From NCBI GenBank assembly GCA_038231275.1, contig JBBRLQ010000019.1, forward strand, positions 1-64,000: a DNA stretch of 64,000 bases, written 5' to 3'. Below the pieces are notes generated by a model. That model saw only the letters and a program-made list of their open reading frames with translations, was not told the origin of the DNA and ran no database searches. How positions within the stretch are numbered: the stretch's first letter is position 1; every line of letters begins with the position of its first letter. Shown here piece after piece: positions 9,879-19,755 of this stretch. Source of the stretch: Polyangiales bacterium. GTDB lineage: Bacteria > Myxococcota_A > Polyangia > Polyangiales > Polyangiaceae. The translations under genes and the position numbers were made by a program.

Positions 9879-9903
9879 GCATCTCGTGCACGATGTTTGT
9901 GCA
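9879..9903. promoter_or_regulatory. Putative EBP enhancer: GCATCTCGTGCA plus TGCAC-N7-GTGCA
   Basis: TGCAC gatgttt GTGCA at 9887-9903; the same motifs recur at 15043-15076. Confidence 0.55.
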
Positions 9904-9977
9904 ACGCTTTCACAACCGCCTCGAAGAGTGCGCACGGAGTGTTTTTCGTTCCGTGCACTTTGAGGAGTGCGTGCGGC

Positions 9978-9993
9978 GGGCAAGGCTCTTGCT
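9978..9993 (+). promoter_or_regulatory. Sigma54 -24/-12 promoter
   Basis: gGGCAaG-gctc-TTGCt matches TGGCACG-N4-TTGC spacing, 35 nt before the ATG at 10029. Confidence 0.65.
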
Positions 9994-10028
9994 ATAACGT
10001 CAAGCTGGGCCTGGAAGGAGATGCGTCG

Positions 10029-11027
10029 ATGATCCAGCGAGTGGCGTTGTTCGTAATGATGGTGGGTGCGTCCGCGGTCGGCTGCGGTGCGGCGCAGACG
10101 AGCGACGAAGGCGCGTCGGTCGAGAAGGTCGGCGCGACGTCGCAGGCCCTCATCCAGATCGACGCGGCGCCCCCGTACACCTTCCCGTACGGAGTGAACT
10201 CCGCGCCCAACCAGCCGCCGAACAGCTCGACGTACTGGAAGAACTACACGACGTGCTCCGGCTGGGTTAAGCAGATCAGCGGCCCGCAGGGCGGCCTCTG
10301 GACGTCGACTGCCGACTGCGATCAGAACGGAAACAACTGCTCGAACTTCCTGGCGCACCCGGCGACGAATGCGCCGGACATCCGCACCGGCCAGGCCGAT
10401 CCGTACCTCACGACGTACACGCACGGCTACCAGTACAACGAGACGAACTGCCCTTCGGGCGATCGCACCTGCCAGGCCGCGGCGGACTTCTACAGCATCC
10501 CGTCCGCGCACGGCTTCAAGTACCTCGTCGATCAGGTCACGTCGATCTCGTGCGGCTGGGCGATCGCTGTCGACGGCGGCCGGCTCGTCCAGCGCTGCAG
10601 CGCGAACGGCCTCACGCACAGCTTCTACTTCTCGGGCCTCGCGCGTGTCGATCAGTCGTGGTGGATGAAGCCGTGGCAGTACCAGGCCGCGGGAACGCCG
10701 GTGCCGTGGGGCCAGCTCACCAACCCAAACGGCGCCGCGCCGTTCTTCGACATCAACGCGCACCCGAGCATGGGCAACAACGCCGTCTCAGGCGATTGGC
10801 AGAGCCTCTGGAACTTCGCCTACACGTACGCGTACCCGAACGGCTACTACCAGGACGGCACGACGAGGAACATCGAGGCGCAACACCACCAGTGCTCGAT
10901 GATCTACCGCCCTGTCGCGGGCAACTACTACAAGGACGGCATCCCCGGTCTCGCGCCGGTGGACTTCTTCGTCGCGGGGCAGACGGACGATCCGATCGGC
11001 GGGTGCGGCGGCGGCGGTTGCTGGTGA
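10029..11027 (+). CDS. Secreted lipoprotein of unknown function, rich in aromatic residues, Asn and Cys
   Basis: RBS AAGGAG; lipobox AVGC; strong GC3 codon bias; no family recognised. Confidence 0.75.
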   Translation: MIQRVALFVMMVGASAVGCGAAQTSDEGASVEKVGATSQALIQIDAAPPYTFPYGVNSAPNQPPNSSTYWKNYTTCSGWVKQISGPQGGLWTSTADCDQNGNNCSNFLAHPATNAPDIRTGQADPYLTTYTHGYQYNETNCPSGDRTCQAAADFYSIPSAHGFKYLVDQVTSISCGWAIAVDGGRLVQRCSANGLTHSFYFSGLARVDQSWWMKPWQYQAAGTPVPWGQLTNPNGAAPFFDINAHPSMGNNAVSGDWQSLWNFAYTYAYPNGYYQDGTTRNIEAQHHQCSMIYRPVAGNYYKDGIPGLAPVDFFVAGQTDDPIGGCGGGGCW

Positions 11028-11036
11028 GCCGCTGAA

Positions 11037-13769
11037 TCAGGGGCAGTGCATCGCGCCCACGAGCTTGTGGGCGCGCGCGTCGTAGATCATGCCGGAGTCG
11101 ATGCCGTCGGACGCGAGCTTCGTGTCCGCGTCGATCCCGACGCAAACGATCGCGAGATCGCCGGGGGCGTCGCCGGTTGCGGGATCGAAGTCGAAGCTCG
11201 ACCCGACACCGTTTAGATCGATGCGACCTGTCGCCGAGATCTCGGTGATCGCTTCGCTGATGCGCGTCGGCCCAACGTCGACGGCGCGGCCCGGTGGGAT
11301 CAGTCGGGTGACCGCCGCTGCGACGTCGGGGCCGGTCGGCTGATCGCGCCCCGAAGCGAAGGCGGCGTACGCGGCGACGTAGAACGCGTCGTACGTCGAT
11401 GCGGGCGACGTTGCGCCGTTGATCTTCTCGGAGAAGAGCGCGTTGTAGTCGTCCACCAATCGGAAGTTGGCCATCGTCTTGGCGGGAGGCGCGACGCCGA
11501 AGAAACGACGCCGGCGATCGACGTCGCTCCCGATGAGCTTCATGAGATCGGAGTTGGTGTTGATGAGTGAGCCGGGCGAGACGTAGTAAGGCCGGTAGCG
11601 CGCGTTCTTCCACGCGCGCTCGAGGCCTTCGATGATCGTGTTGCTGCCGACGATGATCACGGCGTGCGGCCGAAAGTCCACGACCGCCGCGATCGTCTCG
11701 AGCGGCTTTTGCTCGTCGAACGCGTACGTGCGGTAGTTGTCCTCGTTCTCGACGACGGACTTGCCGTTGAACAGGAGCGTCGACGAGATGCGGTCCGCGA
11801 TGCTGAGCGACGCCGACTCCTTGCGGCGTACCAGCGCGACGCGCATCGGTGCGTCCGGCCCCACGACTTTGGACTTCTGGACGAGCGGCTCGATGACCTC
11901 GAGGAGAAAAAGGCTGATCGGCGCCTGGTAATACAACGCGCTCAGCGTCGTCCGGTACAAGAACCGTGGCCCCTCGGGGGGCTGCGGGACCGACGCGATC
12001 GCCTGGCTGATCCCGAGCCCGACGAATATCGGCGTGTGGCTGGGGATGAAGACCTGGTTTGCGATCTCGACGACCTCGCCGCTCGAACCGAAGCCGATGA
12101 CGGCGGCCACCCCGGCGTCCGCGAGGTGCCGCGCGGGGCGGAGCGTCTGTTCGGAGTCGTTGCACGTGACGAGGCCGATCGGCCGCGGTGGCGCGTTGGG
12201 CTGAGGTGAAGGGAGCCCCTTTACTTCGGTCATGAAGTCGTGACGCGCGAGCTCGATGCCGCGCTGGAGGATCCTGGCGTCTTCCGCCTTGAACTTGGCG
12301 GTGGTCGGAAGCATCGTCCCGAACCACACCGTGCGGTCGTTTTCGACGTCGCCCGGCTCCGACACGATCGTGCAGTCTTCGCTCGTGAGGGGCATGCACT
12401 TTCCGCGATCTTTGCGGCAGACCCACGGCTCACCGCCGTGTGAGCGCATGCACTCCGCGTTCTTCGCGCACTCGCGCGGGCCGAGCGCTGCGCCCGCCGC
12501 GTCCTCTGCGCCGGCCGCCGTCTTCGCTGCCTTGTTGCGGAGCGCGACGGCAGCGAGGACGCCGCTCGCCACGATCAGGACGCCGGTCGCGGCGAGGGTC
12601 GCCCGCCGGAAGCGCCGGTCGAAGCGCGTCCGCTTGGACTCCTGGCGTGACTCCGTCGTCGTCCGCGACTGGCCGGAGAATCCGGCGGTGCCCGGCGTCA
12701 TCGACGGGGGTGCGAGCTCGGGGATCTCGGCCGTCGCCGCGAGCGTCGGCGCGCCCTTGCTCCGCGCCTCGATCTCGGCCTGTACCTGCGCGCGCCGCTC
12801 GGCGAAGAGCTCGCCAAGGAGCTTGGCGACGGTCTTCGGCCCGGCCTTCGTTCCGGTCGCCTCGAGGTGGTCCTCGATCGCCGACTGCATCTCGGCGGCG
12901 GTGCCGTACCGATTCGCGGCCGCCGGCGCGAGCGCCTTCACGCAGATCGCGTCGAGCGCTTCGGACACCTCCGGCTGCACCGAGCGCGGCGACGGGATCG
13001 TCCCCTCGGTGAGCTTCACGTAGATTTGAAAATCGTTCATCCCCGCCCAGAGCCGCTGCCCCGTGACCGCCTGCCACAGCATGACGCCGCACGCGAAGAT
13101 GTCCGCGCGCCGGTCGGTGGGCTTGTGCGCGGCCTGCTCGGGCGCCATGTACGTCGCCTTGCCTTTGACTACCCCGGTCGTCGTCTCCGACTGCGTGTCG
13201 GCCGCCTTGGCGATTCCGAAATCGAGCACTTTGACGGCGCCGTCGTACGTGAGAAACACGTTGTGCGGCGACACGTCGCGGTGCACCACGTTGAGCGGCG
13301 TTCCGTTCAAATCGCGCTGCTCGTGGGCGTGGTGGAGGCCGGCGAGCGTCTGCGTGATGATCCAGAGCTGCGTGTCCAGCGGGATGGCGACGTCGAGGCC
13401 GCCCGCCCGCCGCTGGAGCGCGTCGAAGGACTGCCCTTCGAGGTACTCCATCTCCATGAAGTAGTGCTTGCCGTCGAAGCCGACCTCGTTCGTCTGGACG
13501 ATGTTCGGGTGAAGCAAGCGCGCGGCGAGCTTCGCCTCGTCCAAGAACATCTGGCGCGCGCGGGGATCGTCCGCGATGTCCGGGCGCAAGCGCTTGACGA
13601 CCTTCAGCTTGGTGAAGCCGCCGTGACCGTGCGCGAGCGCGAGGTACACGATGCCCATCCCGCCGCGCCCCAGCTCGAGGAGCAGGCGCGTCCCGCGCGC
13701 GCTCGACCCTGGCTGCGGGGGGCTCTCCATGTGATCTTCATGGATACGCCAGCGCGTGTGCCTTGTCAT
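11037..13769 (-). CDS. Receptor-type Ser/Thr kinase: kinase, TM, Cys-rich linker, type-1 periplasmic-binding-like domain
   Basis: GRGGMG, HRDVSPHN, DFG, APE, DIFACG; TM near residue 400; C-terminal Venus-flytrap-like region ending YDAFY. Start may be 13730. Confidence 0.88.
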   Translation of the reverse strand: MTRHTRWRIHEDHMESPPQPGSSARGTRLLLELGRGGMGIVYLALAHGHGGFTKLKVVKRLRPDIADDPRARQMFLDEAKLAARLLHPNIVQTNEVGFDGKHYFMEMEYLEGQSFDALQRRAGGLDVAIPLDTQLWIITQTLAGLHHAHEQRDLNGTPLNVVHRDVSPHNVFLTYDGAVKVLDFGIAKAADTQSETTTGVVKGKATYMAPEQAAHKPTDRRADIFACGVMLWQAVTGQRLWAGMNDFQIYVKLTEGTIPSPRSVQPEVSEALDAICVKALAPAAANRYGTAAEMQSAIEDHLEATGTKAGPKTVAKLLGELFAERRAQVQAEIEARSKGAPTLAATAEIPELAPPSMTPGTAGFSGQSRTTTESRQESKRTRFDRRFRRATLAATGVLIVASGVLAAVALRNKAAKTAAGAEDAAGAALGPRECAKNAECMRSHGGEPWVCRKDRGKCMPLTSEDCTIVSEPGDVENDRTVWFGTMLPTTAKFKAEDARILQRGIELARHDFMTEVKGLPSPQPNAPPRPIGLVTCNDSEQTLRPARHLADAGVAAVIGFGSSGEVVEIANQVFIPSHTPIFVGLGISQAIASVPQPPEGPRFLYRTTLSALYYQAPISLFLLEVIEPLVQKSKVVGPDAPMRVALVRRKESASLSIADRISSTLLFNGKSVVENEDNYRTYAFDEQKPLETIAAVVDFRPHAVIIVGSNTIIEGLERAWKNARYRPYYVSPGSLINTNSDLMKLIGSDVDRRRRFFGVAPPAKTMANFRLVDDYNALFSEKINGATSPASTYDAFYVAAYAAFASGRDQPTGPDVAAAVTRLIPPGRAVDVGPTRISEAITEISATGRIDLNGVGSSFDFDPATGDAPGDLAIVCVGIDADTKLASDGIDSGMIYDARAHKLVGAMHCP

Positions 13770-13797
13770 CCGAGCGGCGGCGCGCGCGCCCTCGCGC

Positions 13798-14991
13798 TCA
13801 CCCGCTGCAGAACGCGAAGACCGCGGCGGCGAAGACGACGCTGCCGGTGACGAGGAGGGACACCGCGAAGTAGCGGTTCTTCGCGTCGGCCGCGCGGCGC
13901 TTCTGCTTCGCGTGCTGCGCGGCCTCCTTCTTCGCCTTGGGGCCGGCCCCGCTCGAGGCAGCCGCGTCTGACTTCGTCATGCCCCCCGGCGTGGAGGGCA
14001 CGAGCTCGGTCTTTGCGTACGCCGGATCCGCAGGCGCCCCCTCGGTCACCGTGACCGCTTGTGGCGAGCGTGCAAGGACGACGCTCGCCGCCGGCGCACG
14101 CTCCTTCGTCGAGTGCAGAGCCTGCTCGAGCGCCGTCCGCATCGCGTTGGCGGTGGAGTAGCGGTCCTCCGGCTCCCGCTCCATCGCCTTCTTCACGATG
14201 GCGCGGATGTCGGGATCCGTGGAGGGCGGCAGCTCCTTCAACGGGCGCCCGCCGATGAACGCCGCGAGCTCGTCGCGATCGGCGAACGGGGGCTTCCCTG
14301 CGAGTGCGCGGTAGAGCGTCGCGCCCGCCGCCCAGATGTCGGCGCGGCGGTCGACGTCCTGGCCCATCGCCTGCTCCGGCGCCATGTACTGAGGAGTCCC
14401 CTTCACGACGCCGCTCCGCGTCTCCGGCGCGACACGGTCTCGCGCCTTCGCGACGCCGAAGTCGATGAGCTTGGTGAATCCGCCCTCGCCGACGAGGACA
14501 TTCAGAGGAGAGACGTCGCGGTGCACGACGCCGAGCGAGCCGCCGTCCTCGTCGGTGAGCTCGTGCGCCGCGTGGAGGCCCGCGCAGACCTCCGCCAACG
14601 TGCGCAGCGCGAAAGCGACGTCGACCGCCTTGCCCGTCGCCTCCTTCTCTCGGCACACGGCCTCGAGCGACTGGCCCGCCACCCACTCGAAGACGATGTA
14701 GATGATCGACGCGTGCTCGCCGACGTCGAGCACCTGCGCGACGTTCGCGTGGTGGAGGCGAGACGTGATGCGCGCTTCGTCGAGGAACATCGCCTTGAAG
14801 CGCCCCTCGGAGGCGAGCTCCTGGCGGATCGTCTTGATCGCGACGAGCTTCTCGAAGCCGTGCTTTCCCTGGATGCGGCCGAGCCATACCGAGCCCATTC
14901 CGCCACGCGCGACGTGCCGGACGATGTCGTAGCGATCGATGCGCGTGCCGATGGCGAGCTCGTCGGCCGAGCGCAGGAACTCGTCGGTCAT
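13798..14991 (-). CDS. Ser/Thr protein kinase with C-terminal TM anchor
   Basis: RGGMG, VAIK, HRDVSPLN, DFG, GTPQYMAPE. Confidence 0.92.
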   Translation of the reverse strand: MTDEFLRSADELAIGTRIDRYDIVRHVARGGMGSVWLGRIQGKHGFEKLVAIKTIRQELASEGRFKAMFLDEARITSRLHHANVAQVLDVGEHASIIYIVFEWVAGQSLEAVCREKEATGKAVDVAFALRTLAEVCAGLHAAHELTDEDGGSLGVVHRDVSPLNVLVGEGGFTKLIDFGVAKARDRVAPETRSGVVKGTPQYMAPEQAMGQDVDRRADIWAAGATLYRALAGKPPFADRDELAAFIGGRPLKELPPSTDPDIRAIVKKAMEREPEDRYSTANAMRTALEQALHSTKERAPAASVVLARSPQAVTVTEGAPADPAYAKTELVPSTPGGMTKSDAAASSGAGPKAKKEAAQHAKQKRRAADAKNRYFAVSLLVTGSVVFAAAVFAFCSG

Positions 14992-15042
14992 CTGGAGCGC
15001 CCATGCTAGCCGAGTTTCACGGCGCGAATGAGCGTGCGTCGC

Positions 15043-15076
15043 GCATCTCGTGCAGCCCATGCACCTCCGTCGTGCA
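15043..15076. promoter_or_regulatory. Second copy of the enhancer-like boxes, in the divergent kinase/EBP intergenic region
   Basis: GCATCTCGTGCA at 15043-15054; TGCAC ctccgtc GTGCA at 15060-15076. Confidence 0.55.
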
Positions 15077-15196
15077 CGCTTCGCACTCCGTGAGCAACGC
15101 GCCGCACCGCTCTCCTTGCCGAGCGATCGGACGCCTGCGTCGCCGTTCCGCGCGTTGTTCCACGATACCGGCGGGTTGCCGGGGTGATGCCCGCCC

Positions 15197-15212
15197 TGGC
15201 ACACTTCGCGCA
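15197..15212 (+). promoter_or_regulatory. Possible sigma54 promoter of the FHA-EBP gene
   Basis: TGGCACA-cttc-GCGCa: correct GG/GC spacing, imperfect -12. Confidence 0.4.
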
Positions 15213-15240
15213 ACTCCGGGAAGTTGTGCGCTATCCTGAC

Positions 15241-16734
15241 ATGCTCGTGGAGCCGCCGAAGTTTGCCTCCATCCTGCCCGAGACGCAGATCGAGTCCCCG
15301 GCCATTGCGTTGCCGGCCAGGCCCCAGCTCATCATGTTCCACAAGGACGGGGTGAAGGCGGTGCCGCTCCGCACCGATCGGCCGATCCTCATCGGACGCG
15401 CGCCGGAGTGCGAGCTGCACGTCGACACGCCGCTCCTTTCGCGCGCGCACTTCGCGGTGCACTTCGCGGGCACGACCGCCACCGTCGAGGACTTGAAGAG
15501 CGCGAACGGCACCAAGGTGGCCGGACTTCGCCTCTCGCCGCAGACGCCGACGCCGATCGAGGAGGGGACGCTCATCGAAGCGGGCGGCGTCTTCTTCATG
15601 GTGAAGCACAAGGCGCCGGCCGATCTGCGCTCTGTGCCGCCGCCGCGCTCGAGCGAGTCGACGCTGCCGGTGGGCGTGCTGTCGGGCGTCGTCGTCGTGG
15701 ATCCTTCGATGGCGCGGCTCCACGAGCTCGTCGAGCTCGTCGCGCGGTCGAGCATCCCGGTGCTCGTCGTCGGTGAGACCGGCGTAGGCAAAGAGGTGAT
15801 CTGCCTCGAGCTCCATCGCCGCTCGGTACGGGCCGACAAGCCGCTCGTGAGCCTGAACTGCGCGGCCCTCCCGGAGTCGCTGCTCGAGAGCGAGCTCTTC
15901 GGCTACGAGAAGGGGAGCTTCACCGGCGCCAACACGACCAAGCTGGGCCTGATCGAAGCGGCCGATGGCGGCACGCTCTTCCTCGACGAGATCGGCGAGA
16001 TGCCGCTCGCCACCCAGGCGAAGCTCCTTCGCGTGCTCGAGAGCGGCGAGCTGATGCGCATCGGATCGACCAAGGCGCGCATCGTCGACGTGCGCTTCAT
16101 CGCGGCGACCAATAGGAACCTGCCGTCGCAGGTGTCGCGCGGCATCTTCCGGCGCGATCTCTACTACCGCCTCAACGGGATCACGATCCCGGTGCCGCCG
16201 CTGCGCGAGCGCCCGAGCGAGATCCCCGCGCTGGCGACCCACTTGCTCGCGCAGGCCGCCAAGCGCGCGCGTCGCGACGTGCCGCAGATTCCTCAAGAGG
16301 TGCTGCGGATGCTGGTCGGGCACGCCTGGCCGGGCAACATCCGCGAGCTGCGCAACGTGATGGAGCGCGCGCTTACGCTTTGCCGCGGCGACGCCCTCTC
16401 GGTCGCGACGGTGATGCTCGACCCCGATCTGCCGGAGGGAATGGACGACGCGTCGCCGGGCGATCGCTCGAGCTCGATCCCCGGTCTCACCGCGGCGTCC
16501 CCCAGTGGGGGCGGAGCCGGCGGCCTCGGCGCCCTCGGCGGCGGCGGCGACCGCGGACGGCTGATGCGGATGGACGCCGGCACCGAGCGAGGTCTCATCG
16601 CCCAAGCGCTCGAGCAAGCGGGCGGTAACCAGAGCAAGGCCGCGGAAATCCTCGGCATCTCGAGGCGCACCCTCATCAACCGCCTCGACGAGTACGGCAT
16701 GAAGCGCCCTCGGAAGCGCACCGACGAAGAGTAA
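15241..16734 (+). CDS. FHA-domain sigma54 enhancer-binding protein
   Basis: FHA ([16 protein letters not shown]), [28 protein letters not shown], Fis-type HTH. Start uncertain (15184-15241). Confidence 0.92.
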   Translation: MLVEPPKFASILPETQIESPAIALPARPQLIMFHKDGVKAVPLRTDRPILIGRAPECELHVDTPLLSRAHFAVHFAGTTATVEDLKSANGTKVAGLRLSPQTPTPIEEGTLIEAGGVFFMVKHKAPADLRSVPPPRSSESTLPVGVLSGVVVVDPSMARLHELVELVARSSIPVLVVGETGVGKEVICLELHRRSVRADKPLVSLNCAALPESLLESELFGYEKGSFTGANTTKLGLIEAADGGTLFLDEIGEMPLATQAKLLRVLESGELMRIGSTKARIVDVRFIAATNRNLPSQVSRGIFRRDLYYRLNGITIPVPPLRERPSEIPALATHLLAQAAKRARRDVPQIPQEVLRMLVGHAWPGNIRELRNVMERALTLCRGDALSVATVMLDPDLPEGMDDASPGDRSSSIPGLTAASPSGGGAGGLGALGGGGDRGRLMRMDAGTERGLIAQALEQAGGNQSKAAEILGISRRTLINRLDEYGMKRPRKRTDEE

Positions 16735-16876
16735 AGGCGACCGAAGAAGCGACGTCCCTTGCGCCGTGCCCCGTCCTGGCGGACGATTCCGGTGCGGCGG
16801 ATGACACAGACGGGGTCCTCCGGCCACTCACTTGATTGTCGCCGGTGTCGTTCCGGTGGCCGCAACGGAGGTCGGA

Positions 16877-18745
16877 ATGAAGACTTCGCTTTTGGGTGGG
16901 ATCGCCCTCGCGATCGTGGGCTGTGGGACCGTCGGACATTGGGGCTCGAGCGACGGCTCCGGCAGCGCGCAGCCGATTCCGATGCCGTCCCCCGGATCGA
17001 GGGGCTTCCCAGGTGCGTCGACGCCGAGCTTCGGGCCGACCACAGTGGCCTCGGCGTCACCCCCGCCGATCAGCGGAGGCACGTTGGCCGTGTACGGCAA
17101 GACCGTCATCGTGGCCGATCCCGATCGCGATCAGGTCTACCTCGTCGATCTCGCGACGCGCGGGGTGACGGCGACGCTCGGTTTGAAGGCGGGTGACGAG
17201 CCGGGGCGCGTCGTCGTCGACACGCATGGGCGCGCACACGTCGCGCTGCGTGGGGGCGGAGCGATCATGACGATCGATCTCGCGAGCGCCAAGTTCCTGT
17301 CCCGTCGCGCGGTTTGCCCCGCGCCGCGTGGCCTCGCGTACGACGCGACCGCCGGCTTGATCCACGTCGCGTGCGCGAGCGGCGAGCTCGTGTCGCTCCC
17401 GGCCGAGGGCGGCGACGCGACACGGCGACTCTCGCTGGATCTCGATCTTCGCGACGTCGTCGTGGAGGGCGCGGAGCTCGCGGTCACACGCTTCCGCTCG
17501 GCGGAGGTCCTCACGATCGCGGCGGACGGCACGGTGCGCGAGCGCAAGTCGCCTCCCGACATCGTCGCGCCGTACATGGTGCCGCGCATCGCGTGGCGCA
17601 TGATCGCGCGGTCGGGAGGAGACGGGCGGATCGTCGTCCACCAGCGCGCGAGCGGCGCGATCGACAACAAGACGCCCGCCTCGAGTCAAGGAGGCGGCGA
17701 TGGCAGCGGCGGCGGCGGATACACGTCGGCGGCCGGCGGCTGCACGGCGTTCGCGAGCGGCAAAGACGCCGTCGCGGCGGGCCTCACTGACTTCGGACCG
17801 AAGCTCCGCTCGCTCGTGATTCCGGGCTTCGTGCTTCCGGTCGACGTCGCGATGAGCCCGCGCGGCGAGCGCCTCGTCGTGGTCTCGGCCGGAAACGGAC
17901 ACGCCGACGGCGGCAGCTCGCTCTTCTCGATCGACGTCGCGCAGATCCCCAACGGGACCGATGGGTGCGCCAGCGAGTCGACGATGCGCATGGTCAACGG
18001 CCAGCTCACGTCGGTCGGCTTCGCGGACGACGACACGGTCCTGGCGTTCAAGCGCGAGCCGGCCACCCTCCTCGTCATCCCGGTCGACGCGTCGACCAAC
18101 GTCACCGAGATCGCGCTGTCGTCGATCTCGCGCGAGGACACAGGGCACGCCGTCTTCCACTCGAACACAGGCGCGGGCATCGCGTGCGCGTCGTGCCACG
18201 CAGAAGGCGGCGACGACGGGCTCGTGTGGACGTTCACGGCTCAGGGCCGGAGACGCACGCCGTCCTTGAAGGGAACGCTCCAAGGAACCGCGCCCTACCA
18301 TTGGTCCGGCGAAATTTCCGACACGCCGGCGCTCGTCCACAAGGTGTACGAGGAGGGAATGGGAGGACCGTCGCTCGCTGGCGATCAAGTCGGCGCGCTC
18401 CGCGACTGGCTCTTCGCGATGCCGCGGCCCGCCACGCTCGCCTCGGTGGACGCCGCCGCGGCGGACCGCGGCCGTGTGCTCTTCGAGGGGGCCGCGGGCT
18501 GCGCGACGTGCCACAGCGGCGCGCTCCTGACCAACAACGCCACCGTCGACGTCGGGACCGGCGGCGCGTTCCAAGTTCCTTCGCTCGTCGGCGTCGCGCA
18601 TCGCGCGCCGTACTTGCACAACGGGTGCGCGGCGACGCTGCAGGATCGCTTCGGCGCGTGCGGCGGAGGGGCGGCGCACGGCAAGGCCGGCGATCTCGCG
18701 CCGGCGGAGCTCGCCGATCTGATCGCGCATCTGCAGACGCTCTAG
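16877..18745 (+). CDS. Lipoprotein: beta-propeller plus di-haem cytochrome c (CCP/MauG-like) domain
   Basis: RBS GGAGG; lipobox IVGC; CASCH and CATCH; TPSL..TAPYHW and PSLVGV..APYLHNG. Confidence 0.85.
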   Translation: MKTSLLGGIALAIVGCGTVGHWGSSDGSGSAQPIPMPSPGSRGFPGASTPSFGPTTVASASPPPISGGTLAVYGKTVIVADPDRDQVYLVDLATRGVTATLGLKAGDEPGRVVVDTHGRAHVALRGGGAIMTIDLASAKFLSRRAVCPAPRGLAYDATAGLIHVACASGELVSLPAEGGDATRRLSLDLDLRDVVVEGAELAVTRFRSAEVLTIAADGTVRERKSPPDIVAPYMVPRIAWRMIARSGGDGRIVVHQRASGAIDNKTPASSQGGGDGSGGGGYTSAAGGCTAFASGKDAVAAGLTDFGPKLRSLVIPGFVLPVDVAMSPRGERLVVVSAGNGHADGGSSLFSIDVAQIPNGTDGCASESTMRMVNGQLTSVGFADDDTVLAFKREPATLLVIPVDASTNVTEIALSSISREDTGHAVFHSNTGAGIACASCHAEGGDDGLVWTFTAQGRRRTPSLKGTLQGTAPYHWSGEISDTPALVHKVYEEGMGGPSLAGDQVGALRDWLFAMPRPATLASVDAAAADRGRVLFEGAAGCATCHSGALLTNNATVDVGTGGAFQVPSLVGVAHRAPYLHNGCAATLQDRFGACGGGAAHGKAGDLAPAELADLIAHLQTL

Positions 18746-18759
18746 GTTGGGGTGACGCC

Positions 18760-19755
18760 ATGAAGACGAGGCTCGGTGTGGCGATCGCTTCGGCGATCGC
18801 CGCGACGTCCGCCTCCGCGCGCGGGGCTCCTGCGCCGGTGGATCTCACGTGGAGCGCTCCGGCCGAGTGTCCGGAGCGCGCGAGCGTCGAGGCGGAGATC
18901 GCGCGGGTCCTCGAGGGAGGCTCGCGCGCCACTGTCACCGTCGTGGCGCGCGTGGACGTTCGCTACGAGGGCGAATGGATCGGCGCGCTCACGACGACGC
19001 GCGACGGTGAGCGCGGCGAGCGCGAGCTGCGTGCTCCGTCGTGTGAGCTGCTCGCGAAGGCCACGGCGCTTGCGCTGGCCCTCGCGGTGACGGCGCGCCC
19101 TCCCGCGGCTCCAAAGCCGTCGTCTGCGCCTCCGCCGCCGGAGCCTGCCCCACCGTCGCCCCCGCCGCCGGCTGCGCCCGCTATAGTTGGGCCTCCGGAA
19201 GTGCCTCCCGCCCCCGCGCGCAAAGAGGCGCCCTCCGCGCCATCGGGTCCTCCGCGCTCACGCATCGCCGTCGGCGCGGGACTCGCCTTCGATTCGTCCG
19301 TCTTGCCCAACGCCGGCGTGGGCCCGGAGCTCTGGGTGGCGTGGAGGCCGTCGCGCGTCGAGCTCGAGGTCGGCGCGCTCTACCTCGCGGGCCAGCATCG
19401 CACCCTCGCCGATCGCGGCGGCGCCACGTTCTACCTCGCGACGCTGGCTGCGCGCGTCTGCTACGCCTTCGCGCTGGGCGTCACGCTGTCGCCGTGCCTC
19501 TCGATGGAGCTTGGGGCGCTGGGCGCGGCGAGCAACGGTCCTTCGACGTCCTCCGCGGCGAGCCCGTGGGTGGCCCCGGGCTTTGCGTTCCGCGCGCGCT
19601 GGCCGGAGTCTGCGCGGATCGCCGCGGTCGCCGACGTCGGCGGTGCCGTCGCGCTCGACCGGCCGGAGTTCGTCCTCGACAACGTGCGCCACGTCTACCA
19701 GGCCGCGCCGTTCACCGCCCGCGGCACATTCGGCGTGGAGGCGCGCTTTCCATGA
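18760..19755 (+). CDS. Secreted protein: Cys-pair N-domain, Pro linker, probable OM beta-barrel C-terminus
   Basis: Signal peptide; WSAPAECP..R..SC; C-terminus GVEARFP; ATGA overlap with the ECF gene. Confidence 0.7.
   Translation: MKTRLGVAIASAIAATSASARGAPAPVDLTWSAPAECPERASVEAEIARVLEGGSRATVTVVARVDVRYEGEWIGALTTTRDGERGERELRAPSCELLAKATALALALAVTARPPAAPKPSSAPPPPEPAPPSPPPPAAPAIVGPPEVPPAPARKEAPSAPSGPPRSRIAVGAGLAFDSSVLPNAGVGPELWVAWRPSRVELEVGALYLAGQHRTLADRGGATFYLATLAARVCYAFALGVTLSPCLSMELGALGAASNGPSTSSAASPWVAPGFAFRARWPESARIAAVADVGGAVALDRPEFVLDNVRHVYQAAPFTARGTFGVEARFP

Noticed and set aside
15900..15935. GSFTGA instead of GAFTGA as a sign of an inactive EBP
   Set aside because: GSFTGA is a common functional variant and the other AAA+ motifs are intact.
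13798..16827. 1009-aa ORF read as a long kinase fusion
   Set aside because: The first ~610 aa are the antisense shadow of the FHA-EBP; the kinase starts at 14991.
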